Source of the DNA: a virus
Lineage: Duplodnaviria; Caudoviricetes
Strand: one strand, 5' to 3'
DNA: 64,000 nucleotides
IMG/VR virus record: IMGVR_UViG_2930666980_000001
Location: 1-64,000 of that record
Below, one piece after another: positions 10,342-19,871 of this stretch. How positions within the stretch are numbered: position 1 is the stretch's first letter; each line of letters opens with the position of its first letter. A program made the position numbers and the translations under genes. Under the pieces are notes generated by a model, which made no database searches, had not been told where the DNA came from, and saw only the letters and a program-made list of their open reading frames with translations.

Positions 10342-10686
10342 ATGCCTCGTCCCGGCCGCTACTGGCCCGACACCCGACACGACGCCCTGCCGCGCCCCGT
10401 CCACTGGGACAGGGAAGCGGTATGCCGAGACATCGACCCCGGCGTGTTCTTCCCGGAGGGGGAGGGCGGGGGGACCGCGCTCGTCATCGAGGAGGCCAAG
10501 GCGTACTGCCGTACCTGCCCGGTCATGCACGAGTGCCAGCGCGACGCCCTCGAGCGGGGCGAGGCCTTCGGCGTCTGGGGCGGCCTCGACGAGGAGGACC
10601 GCAAGGCGCTGCTCCGGCTGTCCGCGAAGCACGCGATCACTGCGGCGGCCGAGGACTCGAGCGATGCCCGCGCCCCCGCGTCGTAG
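10342..10686 (+). CDS. WhiB-family Fe-S transcription factor
   Basis: Four conserved Cys including CRTCPV, plus FGVWGG. Confidence 0.93.
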   Translation: MPRPGRYWPDTRHDALPRPVHWDREAVCRDIDPGVFFPEGEGGGTALVIEEAKAYCRTCPVMHECQRDALERGEAFGVWGGLDEEDRKALLRLSAKHAITAAAEDSSDARAPAS

Positions 10687-10926
10687 GCGCAGGCGGCCGG
10701 AGCTGCCTGCCACGGGACTCCTCGACTGGAGCGACCGCGCGCACTGGTCGCCCCGTGAACTCCCGTGCCGGTACTGCACGCGGCTCACGAACCTGCGGGA
10801 CAGCTCGAGGAAGCCCGCTCACAAGGTGTGCGCGGAGGGCGCCCTCCGGCAGCAGAGCGCCGACGCTGCCGCCGCCTATGAGAACGAACGACTCCCCTGA
10901 CAACTCCCCGATGAACGGAGCCCGTT

Positions 10927-11214
10927 ATGGCCATTACTCCGCGTGAGATCGCGATCCGGTTCGCGCCGCCGAAGACGGACGCGGACCGTCTCGCGATAAA
11001 GGCCCGGATCAGCAGAGCGGGCGAGGAGTTCGCCCTCCTGGTGCACGAGCTGGTCCCCGGAAGCCGCGAGGAGTCGCAGGCCATCAAGGCCTGCGAGCAC
11101 GCGGTGTCATGGGCGCACGCAGGGATCGACCGCCGGTACGTCGCCGCCGGGGAACGGAAGCCGGGGTTCCTGCCGGACGACGACGCCGCGGACGACCGTA
11201 CGGATTCGACGTGA
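10927..11214 (+). CDS. Acb2/Tad1-like helical hairpin protein (putative immune-signal sponge)
   Basis: VPGSREESQAIKACEHAVSWAHAGIDRR resembles the family pattern P.SRE.S.A.T..E.A..WA...I.R. Confidence 0.6.
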   Translation: MAITPREIAIRFAPPKTDADRLAIKARISRAGEEFALLVHELVPGSREESQAIKACEHAVSWAHAGIDRRYVAAGERKPGFLPDDDAADDRTDST

Positions 11215-11657
11215 CGAGCCTCCAGCGGCATGGGGCCCTCGTCGAGGCGATCCTCGGCGCCGTCATCGAGGGCGACGCCATGCGCGCAGGCGCGGAGTTC
11301 GACGAGCTCGCCGGGGCCGGGGCGGCAGACCTGTACGGGCTGAGCGTCGCCGCGGCGACGGTCGGACGGGTCGCACTCCTCACCCGGTACGGCGGTCCGG
11401 CCGGGGCTCAGGCCGAGAGCCTGCGGGCCGTCAGCCGGGCGACGACCACCGGTGACGTGCATGACCAGTTCGCCGCCCGGTTCCTCGGCGCGGCCGTCCG
11501 CCGCGACGAGGACATGGCCATGGCCCTGTTCGCTGCGGCCGACGCTGCCGGCAGGCGGGCCCGGACCGAATCGGCGGCGGCGCTCCTCGCGCTCGTCGCT
11601 TCCCTTTACCGCGCCGACCCGGCGCCCCCCACCCAGCAGGGAGAGACCCGCTCATGA
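11211..11657 (+). CDS. Hypothetical Ala-rich protein
   Basis: GTGA/ATGA coupling at both ends. Confidence 0.55.
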   Translation: MTSLQRHGALVEAILGAVIEGDAMRAGAEFDELAGAGAADLYGLSVAAATVGRVALLTRYGGPAGAQAESLRAVSRATTTGDVHDQFAARFLGAAVRRDEDMAMALFAAADAAGRRARTESAAALLALVASLYRADPAPPTQQGETRS

Positions 11658-11884
11658 TCACCGACGAGACCGCGCACATCCACGGCCGCCGCAAGTACGC
11701 CAAGCGGCTCGCCGGAGACGAGCGGACGGCGAAGGCCCGTGTGCTCGCCGACTCGTACACGGCCGGGGCGTCGCTCCGTGCTCTCGCCGAGGTGCACGCC
11801 ATGTCGTACGGCACCGTCCGCCAGCTTCTGCTCGACGCCAAGGTGCAGCTCCGCCCGCGAGGCGGCGCGCGACCGCCGAAGTGA
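11654..11884 (+). CDS. Small HTH protein
   Basis: YTAGASLRALAEVHAMSYGTVRQLLLDAKVQLRPRG. Confidence 0.8.
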   Translation: MITDETAHIHGRRKYAKRLAGDERTAKARVLADSYTAGASLRALAEVHAMSYGTVRQLLLDAKVQLRPRGGARPPK

Positions 11885-11994
11885 CCTGCCGGACACATGC
11901 CGGCCGGTGTCCGGACACGTCTCCGGACATCGGCCGACCAGCACGTTCCCCCACGGACACACCGCCCCGGGCGCGCCCGCCAAGGAGACGACCG

Positions 11995-12300
11995 ATGCCC
12001 CGACCCTCGCACTGTGCGGCCTGCGGTGCCGCGATCCGCTGGACCATCACGGAGGCCGGTAGGCGGCTGGCCGTCGATGTCGCCCCGCACCCGGAGGGCA
12101 ACACGGCTGTGGCCCGTGACGGGCGCGGCACGTGGCTTTCCCGGCGGCCGACGGACGAGCTCCCTCTCATGGGCTGGGAGCGCCTTCACCGGCCGCACGT
12201 GGCGACGTGCGAGGGCGAGGAGCTGGAGCCGCGGACGCGGTGCCTGGGCCTGCTGGATATCAGCGAGGTGCGCCGTCGACGCGAGGGCCGGGCGCAGTGA
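11995..12300 (+). CDS. Small Zn-binding phage protein
   Basis: CAACGAAIRWTIT...VD..P...GN...HVATC. Confidence 0.65.
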   Translation: MPRPSHCAACGAAIRWTITEAGRRLAVDVAPHPEGNTAVARDGRGTWLSRRPTDELPLMGWERLHRPHVATCEGEELEPRTRCLGLLDISEVRRRREGRAQ

Positions 12301-12368
12301 CGTCCGGCTGCGCCCGCTAGCTCGGCGCCCGCACGGGGCGAGCAGGCAAAACGCCACGCCCATACAAC

Positions 12369-12407
12369 TTGGACAAGTTGCGTTGGCCAAGTTCATCTGT
12401 GTAATCT
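12369..12407 (+). promoter_or_regulatory. Promoter with TTGnnCAA operator array upstream of rep
   Basis: TTGGACAA (12369), TTGGCCAA (12383), CTGTGTAA (12397); TTGCGT-18 bp-TAATCT. Confidence 0.75.
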
Positions 12408-12490
12408 CCGAGAGGTCCGGCCACGGGGGCCCGAACCCCCAACTGGCCTGGCTTCCCCATTCGTTCAGTTCGATCCGAGAGAGAGCGCTC

Positions 12491-13519
12491 GTGAGCAGTG
12501 ACGAGCAGGACCGCCGCCAGACGGGCGCCGTGCCGCACGCCTTCGGCAACGCGCTCGCCTGGAAGTGGACGCGGGTCATGCCGGCCACCTGCAAAAGCGG
12601 CTTCCTGACGATGCTGTACGCGCTCCGTCAGATGGCCGCGCCCTCCGGTGAGCTCCGGTTCAACACGGGCCGGCACGCGCCGCTCAAGCTCCCCGACCTG
12701 GCCAAGGCCGCCGGGTGCCGCGAGAAGGACGCACGCCGCTACGTGGACGCCGCCATCGCGGCCGGGGTCGTCGTCATCGTCGGAGAGCGCAGGCGAGGCA
12801 AGGCGACCCTCTATCAGATCGTCGTCTCGCCCTGGCCCGACTGGGAGAAGGCGGCGGCGCACCTCAAGTCGACCGCCCGCAACCCTGACAAGAAGTGGAA
12901 GGACGACGAGACCGACGAGAGTTCGGGCCACGGTGGCCCCAACATCGAGGCGTCTGAGTTCGGGCCACGGGGGCCCGAGGATGCCCCGGACGAGCTCGAG
13001 GGAGTTCGGGCCACGGGGGCCCGACGGAGTTCGGGCCACGGGGGCCCGTTGAGTTCGGGCCACGGGGGCCCGAATATTCCATGCGGTACCCAGGAGTCTT
13101 ACCAGGAGAGGGCTGAGGTAGTACCTCCTCTGCGGACCCCCGCGAGCGCGCGAGATGACAAAGATCAATTTCCCGGTCAGCTGAGAGACGACAAGCCGGG
13201 GCCCCGTCACTGCGGCTGCGGTGTTCGCCTGCTGCGCGACAGCACCGAGATGTGTCACGGGTGTCGGCTGAGGGCGGAGGGGGCTCAGGAAGATCACCGG
13301 CTGCCCGTCCAGGGCGTTTTCCTGGCCCCCGTACCGTCCGGGCCCGCCCCTGACCTGCTGGGCGCTTCTGGCCCCCTTCCAGCGCCTCGAGAGAATCCGG
13401 GCGATCCGCTGAGGGTCTGCGGCTGCGGCCGGGACTACCGGGCGGAGAAGCCCGGCCGGTGCCGTGACTGCGTCCTCGCCGAGCTCGAGGACCAGCAGCG
13501 GGCGGTGGGCAGCGCATGA
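12491..13519 (+). CDS. Phage replication initiator-like protein (N-terminal winged HTH, internal iterons)
   Basis: LPDLAKAAGCREKDARRYVDAAIAAG...Y; internal DNA repeats; position in the early module. Confidence 0.75.
   Translation: MSSDEQDRRQTGAVPHAFGNALAWKWTRVMPATCKSGFLTMLYALRQMAAPSGELRFNTGRHAPLKLPDLAKAAGCREKDARRYVDAAIAAGVVVIVGERRRGKATLYQIVVSPWPDWEKAAAHLKSTARNPDKKWKDDETDESSGHGGPNIEASEFGPRGPEDAPDELEGVRATGARRSSGHGGPLSSGHGGPNIPCGTQESYQERAEVVPPLRTPASARDDKDQFPGQLRDDKPGPRHCGCGVRLLRDSTEMCHGCRLRAEGAQEDHRLPVQGVFLAPVPSGPAPDLLGASGPLPAPRENPGDPLRVCGCGRDYRAEKPGRCRDCVLAELEDQQRAVGSA
12919..13073 (+). repeat. Five ~23-bp iterons GAGTTCGGGCCACGGGGGCCCGA (putative origin)
   Basis: Copies at 12919, 12956, 13002, 13027, 13051; a variant sixth copy at ~12412. 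Confidence 0.85.
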
Positions 13520-13950
13520 ACCGCACCCCGCTCCCGGAGCTCGTCCGCGTGCTGCTCGACCTCGGCAGCTACGGGGACCGCCTCGACCCGGCGACCGCGA
13601 CGGACGAGCAGCTCGACATCGTCGCCCGCGCCGTCGACGAGGCCCGCCGCCTGACCCGCACCGCCCAGGGCCCCGCCTCCGGCTGCACCCGGCACCCCAA
13701 CGGCCCGACCGACCCGACCCGTGGCGGCGTCTGCCTGTTCTGCTCCGGCCGCCGCCGAACACCACCGCCCGACGGCCCGCCCCTCGAGGACGTCCTCCGC
13801 GACGTCGCCGAGCTCGGCCACGACGAGGCCGCCCGACGCCACACCGGCCGCCTCGTGACCCGCGCCCTCGCCGCTGCCGGCAGAGGAACCCACACCTACG
13901 CATACGCCGACCGCCCCCGCACGGGCGATCAGGAAGAGAGCCACGCATGA
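13516..13950 (+). CDS. Hypothetical protein with a Cys/His motif
   Basis: ATGA-coupled to rep; CTRHP...CLFC. Confidence 0.65.
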   Translation: MNRTPLPELVRVLLDLGSYGDRLDPATATDEQLDIVARAVDEARRLTRTAQGPASGCTRHPNGPTDPTRGGVCLFCSGRRRTPPPDGPPLEDVLRDVAELGHDEAARRHTGRLVTRALAAAGRGTHTYAYADRPRTGDQEESHA

Positions 13951-14402
13951 ACAACCGCACACGCCCCCGCTGGTCGCCAGCCTTCGTGTCCGTCGACCTC
14001 ATGACCGGCGTGCGCCGGGGCCCCATCCGGTGGCCCGACGGCACACCGCCCCCGCCCTTCGGCTGCCGCTGGTGCGGCCACGACCCGGCCGTGCACGGCA
14101 TCGGAGCGCACGACTGGGAGCAGCCGACCAACGCTCAGATTCTCGCCCGCATGAAGGCCCGGCAGACCACCCGCCAGGTGGCCCGCAGCCCGCTCGCCGC
14201 GGTCCTCGACCAGGGCGAGGTCGCCGCCCACCAGCTGGCCCAGGCCCTCGGCCTGGACCTCAGCATCGCCGAGACCGCCCAGCCGGAACGGTGCGAGGCC
14301 ATGAACCACAACAGCGTCGGCGGCGAAATCTTCTGCGAACTCGACTTCGGCCACGACGAGGACCACGACTGCGACGGCTTCACCTGGTCGGGCGAGGACT
14401 GA
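13947..14402 (+). CDS. Hypothetical Zn-binding protein
   Basis: PFGCRWCG...WEQPTNAQILARMKAR; CELDFGHDEDH. Confidence 0.65.
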   Translation: MNNRTRPRWSPAFVSVDLMTGVRRGPIRWPDGTPPPPFGCRWCGHDPAVHGIGAHDWEQPTNAQILARMKARQTTRQVARSPLAAVLDQGEVAAHQLAQALGLDLSIAETAQPERCEAMNHNSVGGEIFCELDFGHDEDHDCDGFTWSGED

Positions 14403-14407
14403 GCGCC

Positions 14408-14671
14408 ATGGCATCCACCCGACGGCGCCCCCGCCGCCTGACCGTCCGCGACGCCTCGATCACCGGAGCCGACGGCAAGACGTACCGCCCGATCCTCAGG
14501 GGCGAAGCACGTCGAGCGCTCCTCGACGACCTCGCCGCCAGCTACGAAATCGGCTCGTCCATCCGCGACCTCGTCGAGGACCGCGGCCTGCCCTTCGGCA
14601 CGGTCCGGCTGTACCTCGCCGAAGCGGGCGTCACCATGCGCCCCCGCGGCGACCGATACCGGAACGCCTGA
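14408..14671 (+). CDS. Small HTH protein, paralogous to 11654-11884
   Basis: YEIGSSIRDLVEDRGLPFGTVRLYLAEAGVTMRPRG. Confidence 0.75.
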   Translation: MASTRRRPRRLTVRDASITGADGKTYRPILRGEARRALLDDLAASYEIGSSIRDLVEDRGLPFGTVRLYLAEAGVTMRPRGDRYRNA

Positions 14672-14894
14672 TGGCGGGTCACGAGCTCGAGCCGCCGCGC
14701 CTCGAGGAGATCCGCGACCTCCTCGCCGAGCTGGTCGCCCGACAGCACCGCCCGCCCACCGACGTCACCGAGCTGGCTGCCCTCCTCGGCCGCTGCCGGC
14801 ACGCCCTGACCGACGTCCTCAACGACCGCGATCACCTCGCCGCCATCTTCGCGGAGACGGCCGAGGAGCTCACCCTCTGGACTGGAACCCTCTG

Positions 14895-15452
14895 ATGACG
14901 TCCCACCTCCAAACCCCCGACGACGTACGCGCCTTCCTCCGCCTGTGCCTCGCCCCGCGCGCTGACTTCCCCGGCCGCACCGTCAAGGAGCTGGCCCGGA
15001 TCATGCCGGCCGAGCTCGTCGAGAAGGTCGCCGTCCACGCCCCCCGTATCGGGGCGCTCCGCGAGGTCGCCGACCTCGCCCACGCCGCCTACCTGACCGC
15101 CCTCGGCGACTGGATCACCGCCGAGACCACGGCGGCCCCCGCCGCCGAGCAGCCGACCGCCCCCCAGGTAGCGCCATCGAAGTGCACACAGAACCTCGTC
15201 GGCCAGCGCGCGGTCCCCGGCGACCACCACCGCCCCGACCCCACCGGCCCCTGCACCTTCTGCCAGAGCGGCCGGACGTACGTCTTCAACGCCCGTTCCG
15301 TGAACCGGCACATGAAGCACGCCCACGACGGCGACGGCCGCACCGTCTGCCCGTCCCGCCTCGAGGCCACCGACCCCATGCCCGACGACCAGGCCGCACG
15401 CCTGCCCCTGTGCCCCCAGTGCCGCCAGACCCTCACCACCGACGACAACTAG
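14895..15452 (+). CDS. Hypothetical protein with C-terminal Zn-finger-like motif
   Basis: TGATG coupling; CTFC...H...C...CPQC. Confidence 0.6.
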   Translation: MTSHLQTPDDVRAFLRLCLAPRADFPGRTVKELARIMPAELVEKVAVHAPRIGALREVADLAHAAYLTALGDWITAETTAAPAAEQPTAPQVAPSKCTQNLVGQRAVPGDHHRPDPTGPCTFCQSGRTYVFNARSVNRHMKHAHDGDGRTVCPSRLEATDPMPDDQAARLPLCPQCRQTLTTDDN

Positions 15453-15494
15453 CCCATGCCGGCAGGCCGCCCCCGCCCGACACGGGGGCGGCCC
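15450..15494 (+). repeat. 45-bp intergenic element (copy 1) containing TGCCGGCA and a hairpin
   Basis: tagcccatgccggcaggccgcccccgcccgacacgggggcggccc; identical copy at 16279. Confidence 0.9.
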
Positions 15495-15517
15495 ACCCCG
15501 CGAGAACGGACCACCTG

Positions 15518-16033
15518 ATGACGCTCGACGAGCTCCTCATCGCTCTCGGCAAGGCCAACCCCGACCTCGTCCTCCCGAACGGCTTCAACTCCCCGCACAG
15601 CTACCGCGGCTTCTACGACGAGCTGGCATTCGAGCCCGCGTCCAACGTCACCGTCGGCTCGATCATCTCCGCCGCCTGGTCCGCCCACGGCGAGACCTAC
15701 ACCGGCTACAAGGGCGGCGACTACACCATGGGCCGACACACCCCGTGCTGGCTCGCCTTCGAAGGATCGTCCGGCGGCGAGGAGATCACCCCGGCCCTCC
15801 TGGACAACCTCCTCGCTGCCGGCAGCGTCCCGGTCCCACGGGGCTGGACCGACGAGCAGGAGAAGACGATCCGGGCAGCGGTCCGCATGGTCGTCAAGTC
15901 GCCGTCCCCGCACCCCGCCATGGCGGGCGCCTCGCTGATCCTCACCATGCGCCCGCTCCTCACCGACCTCCTCGGCCAGGTCGACCACCTCACCCACCGC
16001 CTTGCCGAGCTCGAGCAGAACGGCCAGCGATGA
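15518..16033 (+). CDS. Conserved phage protein of unknown function
   Basis: PHSYRGFYDELAFEP...GYKGGDYTM...TPCWLA. Confidence 0.7.
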   Translation: MTLDELLIALGKANPDLVLPNGFNSPHSYRGFYDELAFEPASNVTVGSIISAAWSAHGETYTGYKGGDYTMGRHTPCWLAFEGSSGGEEITPALLDNLLAAGSVPVPRGWTDEQEKTIRAAVRMVVKSPSPHPAMAGASLILTMRPLLTDLLGQVDHLTHRLAELEQNGQR

Positions 16034-16278
16034 ACGGGCTCCTGCTGCTCGCAGTCGTCGCCGCTGCCGGCACCGCCGGGTACACCGTCGGCCGGACCCG
16101 CCCCGGTCCCTGGCTCGTCGACTGGGCCGAGGACCAGATCACCCTGCGCCCCGCACGGTCGCCCCGCTACTGGGTGGCCGTCCCGCTGATCCTCTGCGCA
16201 GCCGCGGCGTACTGGACGCTCCACCCCCGACGCTCCGCCGCCAACGTCCGCGCGGCGCGCGCCGAGCACCTCACCAAG

Positions 16279-16323
16279 TAGCCCATGCCGGCAGGCCGCC
16301 CCCGCCCGACACGGGGGCGGCCC
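16279..16323 (+). repeat. 45-bp intergenic element (copy 2)
   Basis: Identical to 15450-15494. Confidence 0.9.
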
Positions 16324-16356
16324 CGCCGACCAGCAAACCACCAGGAGCACCCACCC

Positions 16357-16842
16357 ATGCAGACCGACCTCGACGCCCCCGCACCCCCGGCCCTCACCCC
16401 GACCGGCGACCCGTTCCCCGTGGAGCTCGCCGTCATCGACAGCATCGCTTCCGGCCACGAACCGGAGACGCTCCTCCGGGTCGTCTTCTACCGCCCCGAC
16501 GGCGGCGCCAGCATCCGGTACGCCTGGACCGCCGGAGGACCGGAGCTCGGCGACCGCATCGACCGGCTCGCCCTCGCCGCTGGCCTTGACTTCGCGGACT
16601 GGCTCGACCTCACCGAAGCGCACTGCGACGTCACCACCCGTGGCCGCATCGAAATCCAGGCCTACGCCCTGCGCCCGATCCTCGCCGACGTCACCAGCGG
16701 CTGCCGCGCACCCGACGAGCGCCGCGAGGGCCTCCAGCGCATCCTCCGCTGCGCCGCCGAGACCACCGGCCAGACCCCCCGCCCCGGCTTCCCCCGCTGG
16801 TACGGCGTCGGCCCCACCCTCCTCACCTCCTACCTGCACTGA
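16357..16842 (+). CDS. Hypothetical protein
   Basis: RBS aggag before ATG; typical codon usage. Confidence 0.65.
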   Translation: MQTDLDAPAPPALTPTGDPFPVELAVIDSIASGHEPETLLRVVFYRPDGGASIRYAWTAGGPELGDRIDRLALAAGLDFADWLDLTEAHCDVTTRGRIEIQAYALRPILADVTSGCRAPDERREGLQRILRCAAETTGQTPRPGFPRWYGVGPTLLTSYLH

Positions 16843-16865
16843 CCACCCAGAAAGCGAGCACCACC

Positions 16866-17297
16866 ATGAACACCACCCGCATGCCGGCCGCCCTGATCGC
16901 AGCCGCCGCCCTCCTCGCCCTCACCGGCTGCACCACGACGACGAAGGCCACCCCGGCCCGCAGCACACCGACGTGCCACGCCGTCCACACCGCCGGGGGC
17001 GACCTCGTCCACGGCGGCCCGCGCCCGTGCCTGCTCACCCGCACCCCGGCGGCCCCCCGCCCCACCGTCACCGTCACGGCGACGCCCCGCCCCACCGGGA
17101 CGGCGATGCCTTCGAGGCCTCCGGCAGCGCACGGGCAGGACCACGCGACGACGGCCCCGACGGGGAAGCCGACCGTCCCCCTGCAGGAGGACCCGGCGAA
17201 GAAGCCGACCGCACCGCTCCGGAAGGACCCGGCCCCCGCGGCGAAGGCCCCGGCCCCGGTGGCGAAGGCCCCCGCCCCGGCACGGCGCGGCCAGTGA
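16866..17297 (+). CDS. Putative lipoprotein, Pro/Thr-rich
   Basis: Signal peptide with lipobox LTGC. Confidence 0.65.
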   Translation: MNTTRMPAALIAAAALLALTGCTTTTKATPARSTPTCHAVHTAGGDLVHGGPRPCLLTRTPAAPRPTVTVTATPRPTGTAMPSRPPAAHGQDHATTAPTGKPTVPLQEDPAKKPTAPLRKDPAPAAKAPAPVAKAPAPARRGQ

Positions 17298-17505
17298 GCC
17301 GCCCCAGCGACTGGCCGCTGATCCTCCCGGCCGGGCCGCCGCCTGGCCCGCGCCTCGCCTACGTCTCGAGCATCAGCCCCGACGGCTCCGTCCTCACGAC
17401 CCACGCCATCGACCACACACCGATCGAGGACCCGCGCGAACGCGCCATCTGCCGCGCCCTCCTCCTGCACGCCCTCGCCCTCCTCGACGACCGGGAGCCC
17501 CGACC

Positions 17506-18009
17506 ATGACCGCCCCGTCCACCCCTGCCGCTGACGGCGAGCAGCTCCCCCCGTTCAGCGGAGACGACCCGCTGTGCGCGAAGTGCAGCCACGTCGACGC
17601 CTTCACCGACTACCGCGCTGCCGGCGAATACGGCAGCGACGAACCGCGGAGGGCGATGCCTTCACGCAAAGGCGAGCGACTCGAGCGCCGCTGTGGCCGG
17701 TGCAGTTTCACCTGGGACGAGGCCCTCGTCCCCCCGACGCCCATGCAGCTCGAGGCCCGGCTCTCCGCCTGGCTCACCGAACAGCTCGACACCGCCCTGC
17801 GCACGACGCCGACCAGCGGCCACGTCCACAAGCCGGGCGAAGAGCGCTTCGACCACCACCCCGCCCCGGGCGAGAAGGGCCACCACTTCACGATCGGCTG
17901 CGCCCTCTGCACCAGCGACGTCACCGCACTCACCACAGCGGTGCTCGACGTCATCAGCCGCGCCGTGTTCACGCTGCCGGCACACCTCAAGTCAGGAGCA
18001 GAGTCGTGA
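17506..18009 (+). CDS. Hypothetical Zn-binding protein
   Basis: CAKC...RCGRCSFTWDE. Confidence 0.6.
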   Translation: MTAPSTPAADGEQLPPFSGDDPLCAKCSHVDAFTDYRAAGEYGSDEPRRAMPSRKGERLERRCGRCSFTWDEALVPPTPMQLEARLSAWLTEQLDTALRTTPTSGHVHKPGEERFDHHPAPGEKGHHFTIGCALCTSDVTALTTAVLDVISRAVFTLPAHLKSGAES

Positions 18010-18656
18010 CCCAGCACCCCCGTCCGGACACGCCCGCGGTCAATGCCCGGACACGTCCGGACACGGACACCGACGTCGGTGTCCGCCTGGAGTACCGCGC
18101 CCGCGTCCCCCGCCACCTCCTCGGCGCCGCTGTCGCCGACGCCCTCGGCTTCATCGCCGCCGAGACCAGCCAGGCGGACACGGCGGACACTGTCCGGACA
18201 GGCCCCGACCACAGTGTCCGCCGCGCCCGGACGTCCGCCGCGATCAGCGCCGCCTTCGACGTCCCAGACCGCCCCGGCCCCCGCCGCCCGGCCACTGTCC
18301 GGACACAGGAGCCGACCAGCATCCTCGGCCACATGGCACAGGCCATGACGCCCATCCTGCAGCAGCGCGTCGACGACCAGGTCGAGGCCAGCGCCGCCGA
18401 ACACTGCGCCGCCCTCGCCGCGGCAGCCCTCGGCTACACCGCCGACATCCTCCCGCCCACCGGGTACGCCCACGTCTCCGGCCGCTGCCCCGCCTGCAAC
18501 CGCACCGCCCTCTTCCTCGCCGACGGCGGATACGTCACCTGCTCGCACCTCGAGTGCCCTCTCCCCGACGCCGCCGCCGACCTCCTCGACCATCCGCCGT
18601 TCCGCACGAGGACCGGCTGCAACGACTGCCCCACCGAAGGGACCACGACGTCATGA
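18006..18656 (+). CDS. Hypothetical protein with C-terminal Zn ribbon; overlaps a CGGACA repeat cluster
   Basis: GRCPACNRTALFLADGGYVTCSHLECPLP. Confidence 0.6.
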   Translation: MTQHPRPDTPAVNARTRPDTDTDVGVRLEYRARVPRHLLGAAVADALGFIAAETSQADTADTVRTGPDHSVRRARTSAAISAAFDVPDRPGPRRPATVRTQEPTSILGHMAQAMTPILQQRVDDQVEASAAEHCAALAAAALGYTADILPPTGYAHVSGRCPACNRTALFLADGGYVTCSHLECPLPDAAADLLDHPPFRTRTGCNDCPTEGTTTS

Positions 18657-19105
18657 CACCCGAGCAGGCGCAGGCCGCCGCCGCCCTGATCCTCATCCGC
18701 CGTCTCGTCCGCAACCGCCAGCTCACCGTCGAGGAGGCCGTGACCGCCGTCGCCCAGCAGCAGCGCCAGGAGACCGGCCCCCACACGCACCTCGTCGTCC
18801 AGGAGGCCACCGCCGTCATCAGCGAGGTCGCCGGTCCGCTCCGCGCCCTCGCCGCCGCGATGCTCCCCGCAGTCCGGGACGCCACCGCCGCGATGGCCAA
18901 GCTCCTCGCCGCGTTCCGGACCTCCCCGGCCGCCGCGGCGACGAAGGGGAGAAAGGACCGGCCCGCCTGGGTCAGCCCGTACGGCCCGCCGCCCCGCCGC
19001 TGACCACGAGAGCCAGAACACAGCCGGAGTGCCCAGCCGTGGGCGCTCCGGCTGCCGTCTGCCCGACAGCCTGATCCCAGCACCAACGACGACCAGGAGC
19101 ACCCC

Positions 19106-19567
19106 ATGCCCAGCAGCGCCGCACGCTTCGCCGCCGCATACGCAGCACTCACCGCCGCCCACGAGGTAGGCGACTACATCGTCCAGCGCAACGAGGACGC
19201 CCTCCACAAGGGAAAGCCCGGCCATGCCGGCCGAGCCGCCTGCGCCCGACACGTCACCAGCTACACCCTCACCCAGGCCGCCGCCCTCGCCGCGGCCAAC
19301 CAGGCCTTCGGCCTCCGCCTCACCTGGTCGCGCGCCGCCGCAGGCCTCGCCCTCTCCGCCGTCACCCACTACGCCGCCGACCGCTGCAACGGCCACTGGA
19401 CCGACACCACCGACCAGGCCCCCGCCCTCGTCCGCGCCGCCCACCGCATCGGCAAGACCGGCTGGCTCACCCACGACCACCGTGCCGGCGCACTTCTCGA
19501 CCAGGCATGGCACAAGGGATGGATCGTCCTCGCCGCCGCCGTCGCCGCGACCGGCCCCGCCCGCTAG
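19106..19567 (+). CDS. DUF3307-like His-rich membrane protein
   Basis: AHEVGDYIVQ, RHVTSY, THYAADR, LDQAWH motifs. Confidence 0.75.
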   Translation: MPSSAARFAAAYAALTAAHEVGDYIVQRNEDALHKGKPGHAGRAACARHVTSYTLTQAAALAAANQAFGLRLTWSRAAAGLALSAVTHYAADRCNGHWTDTTDQAPALVRAAHRIGKTGWLTHDHRAGALLDQAWHKGWIVLAAAVAATGPAR

Positions 19568-19776
19568 GCCGCATCCCACTCGTGCGCCCGCCCGCCACGC
19601 CACTCGACCCACCGGGGATCGTCGAGGATGAGCTCCGGGTCGAGGATGCCGGCACCCTCGAGGAACACCACCAGGTCCTGATCGCTGTACGCCAGGCCCA
19701 GGATCCGCCCGCGCGCCGTCACCCTCCGGCCGCCCGTCGCAGACGGCCGGTGCACGACGATCGGCGCACCGTCCAT
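19564..19776 (-). CDS. Small conserved hypothetical protein
   Basis: PIVVHRPSATGGRRVT..G.ILGLAY...VEWRGG. Confidence 0.7.
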   Translation of the reverse strand: MDGAPIVVHRPSATGGRRVTARGRILGLAYSDQDLVVFLEGAGILDPELILDDPRWVEWRGGRAHEWDAA

Positions 19777-19871
19777 GAACCCCATCGTGGGGCTACCCGG
19801 CCAGCCCGGCACCCGGAGACGACGGAGGCCCCGCCCATCGGGCGAGGCCTCCGTGCGGACCGACCAGCCCA

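Noticed and set aside
12919-13073. Repeat array as a CRISPR
   Set aside because: Spacers are 1-23 bp and irregular, the array is inside a CDS, and no cas genes are present; iterons fit better.
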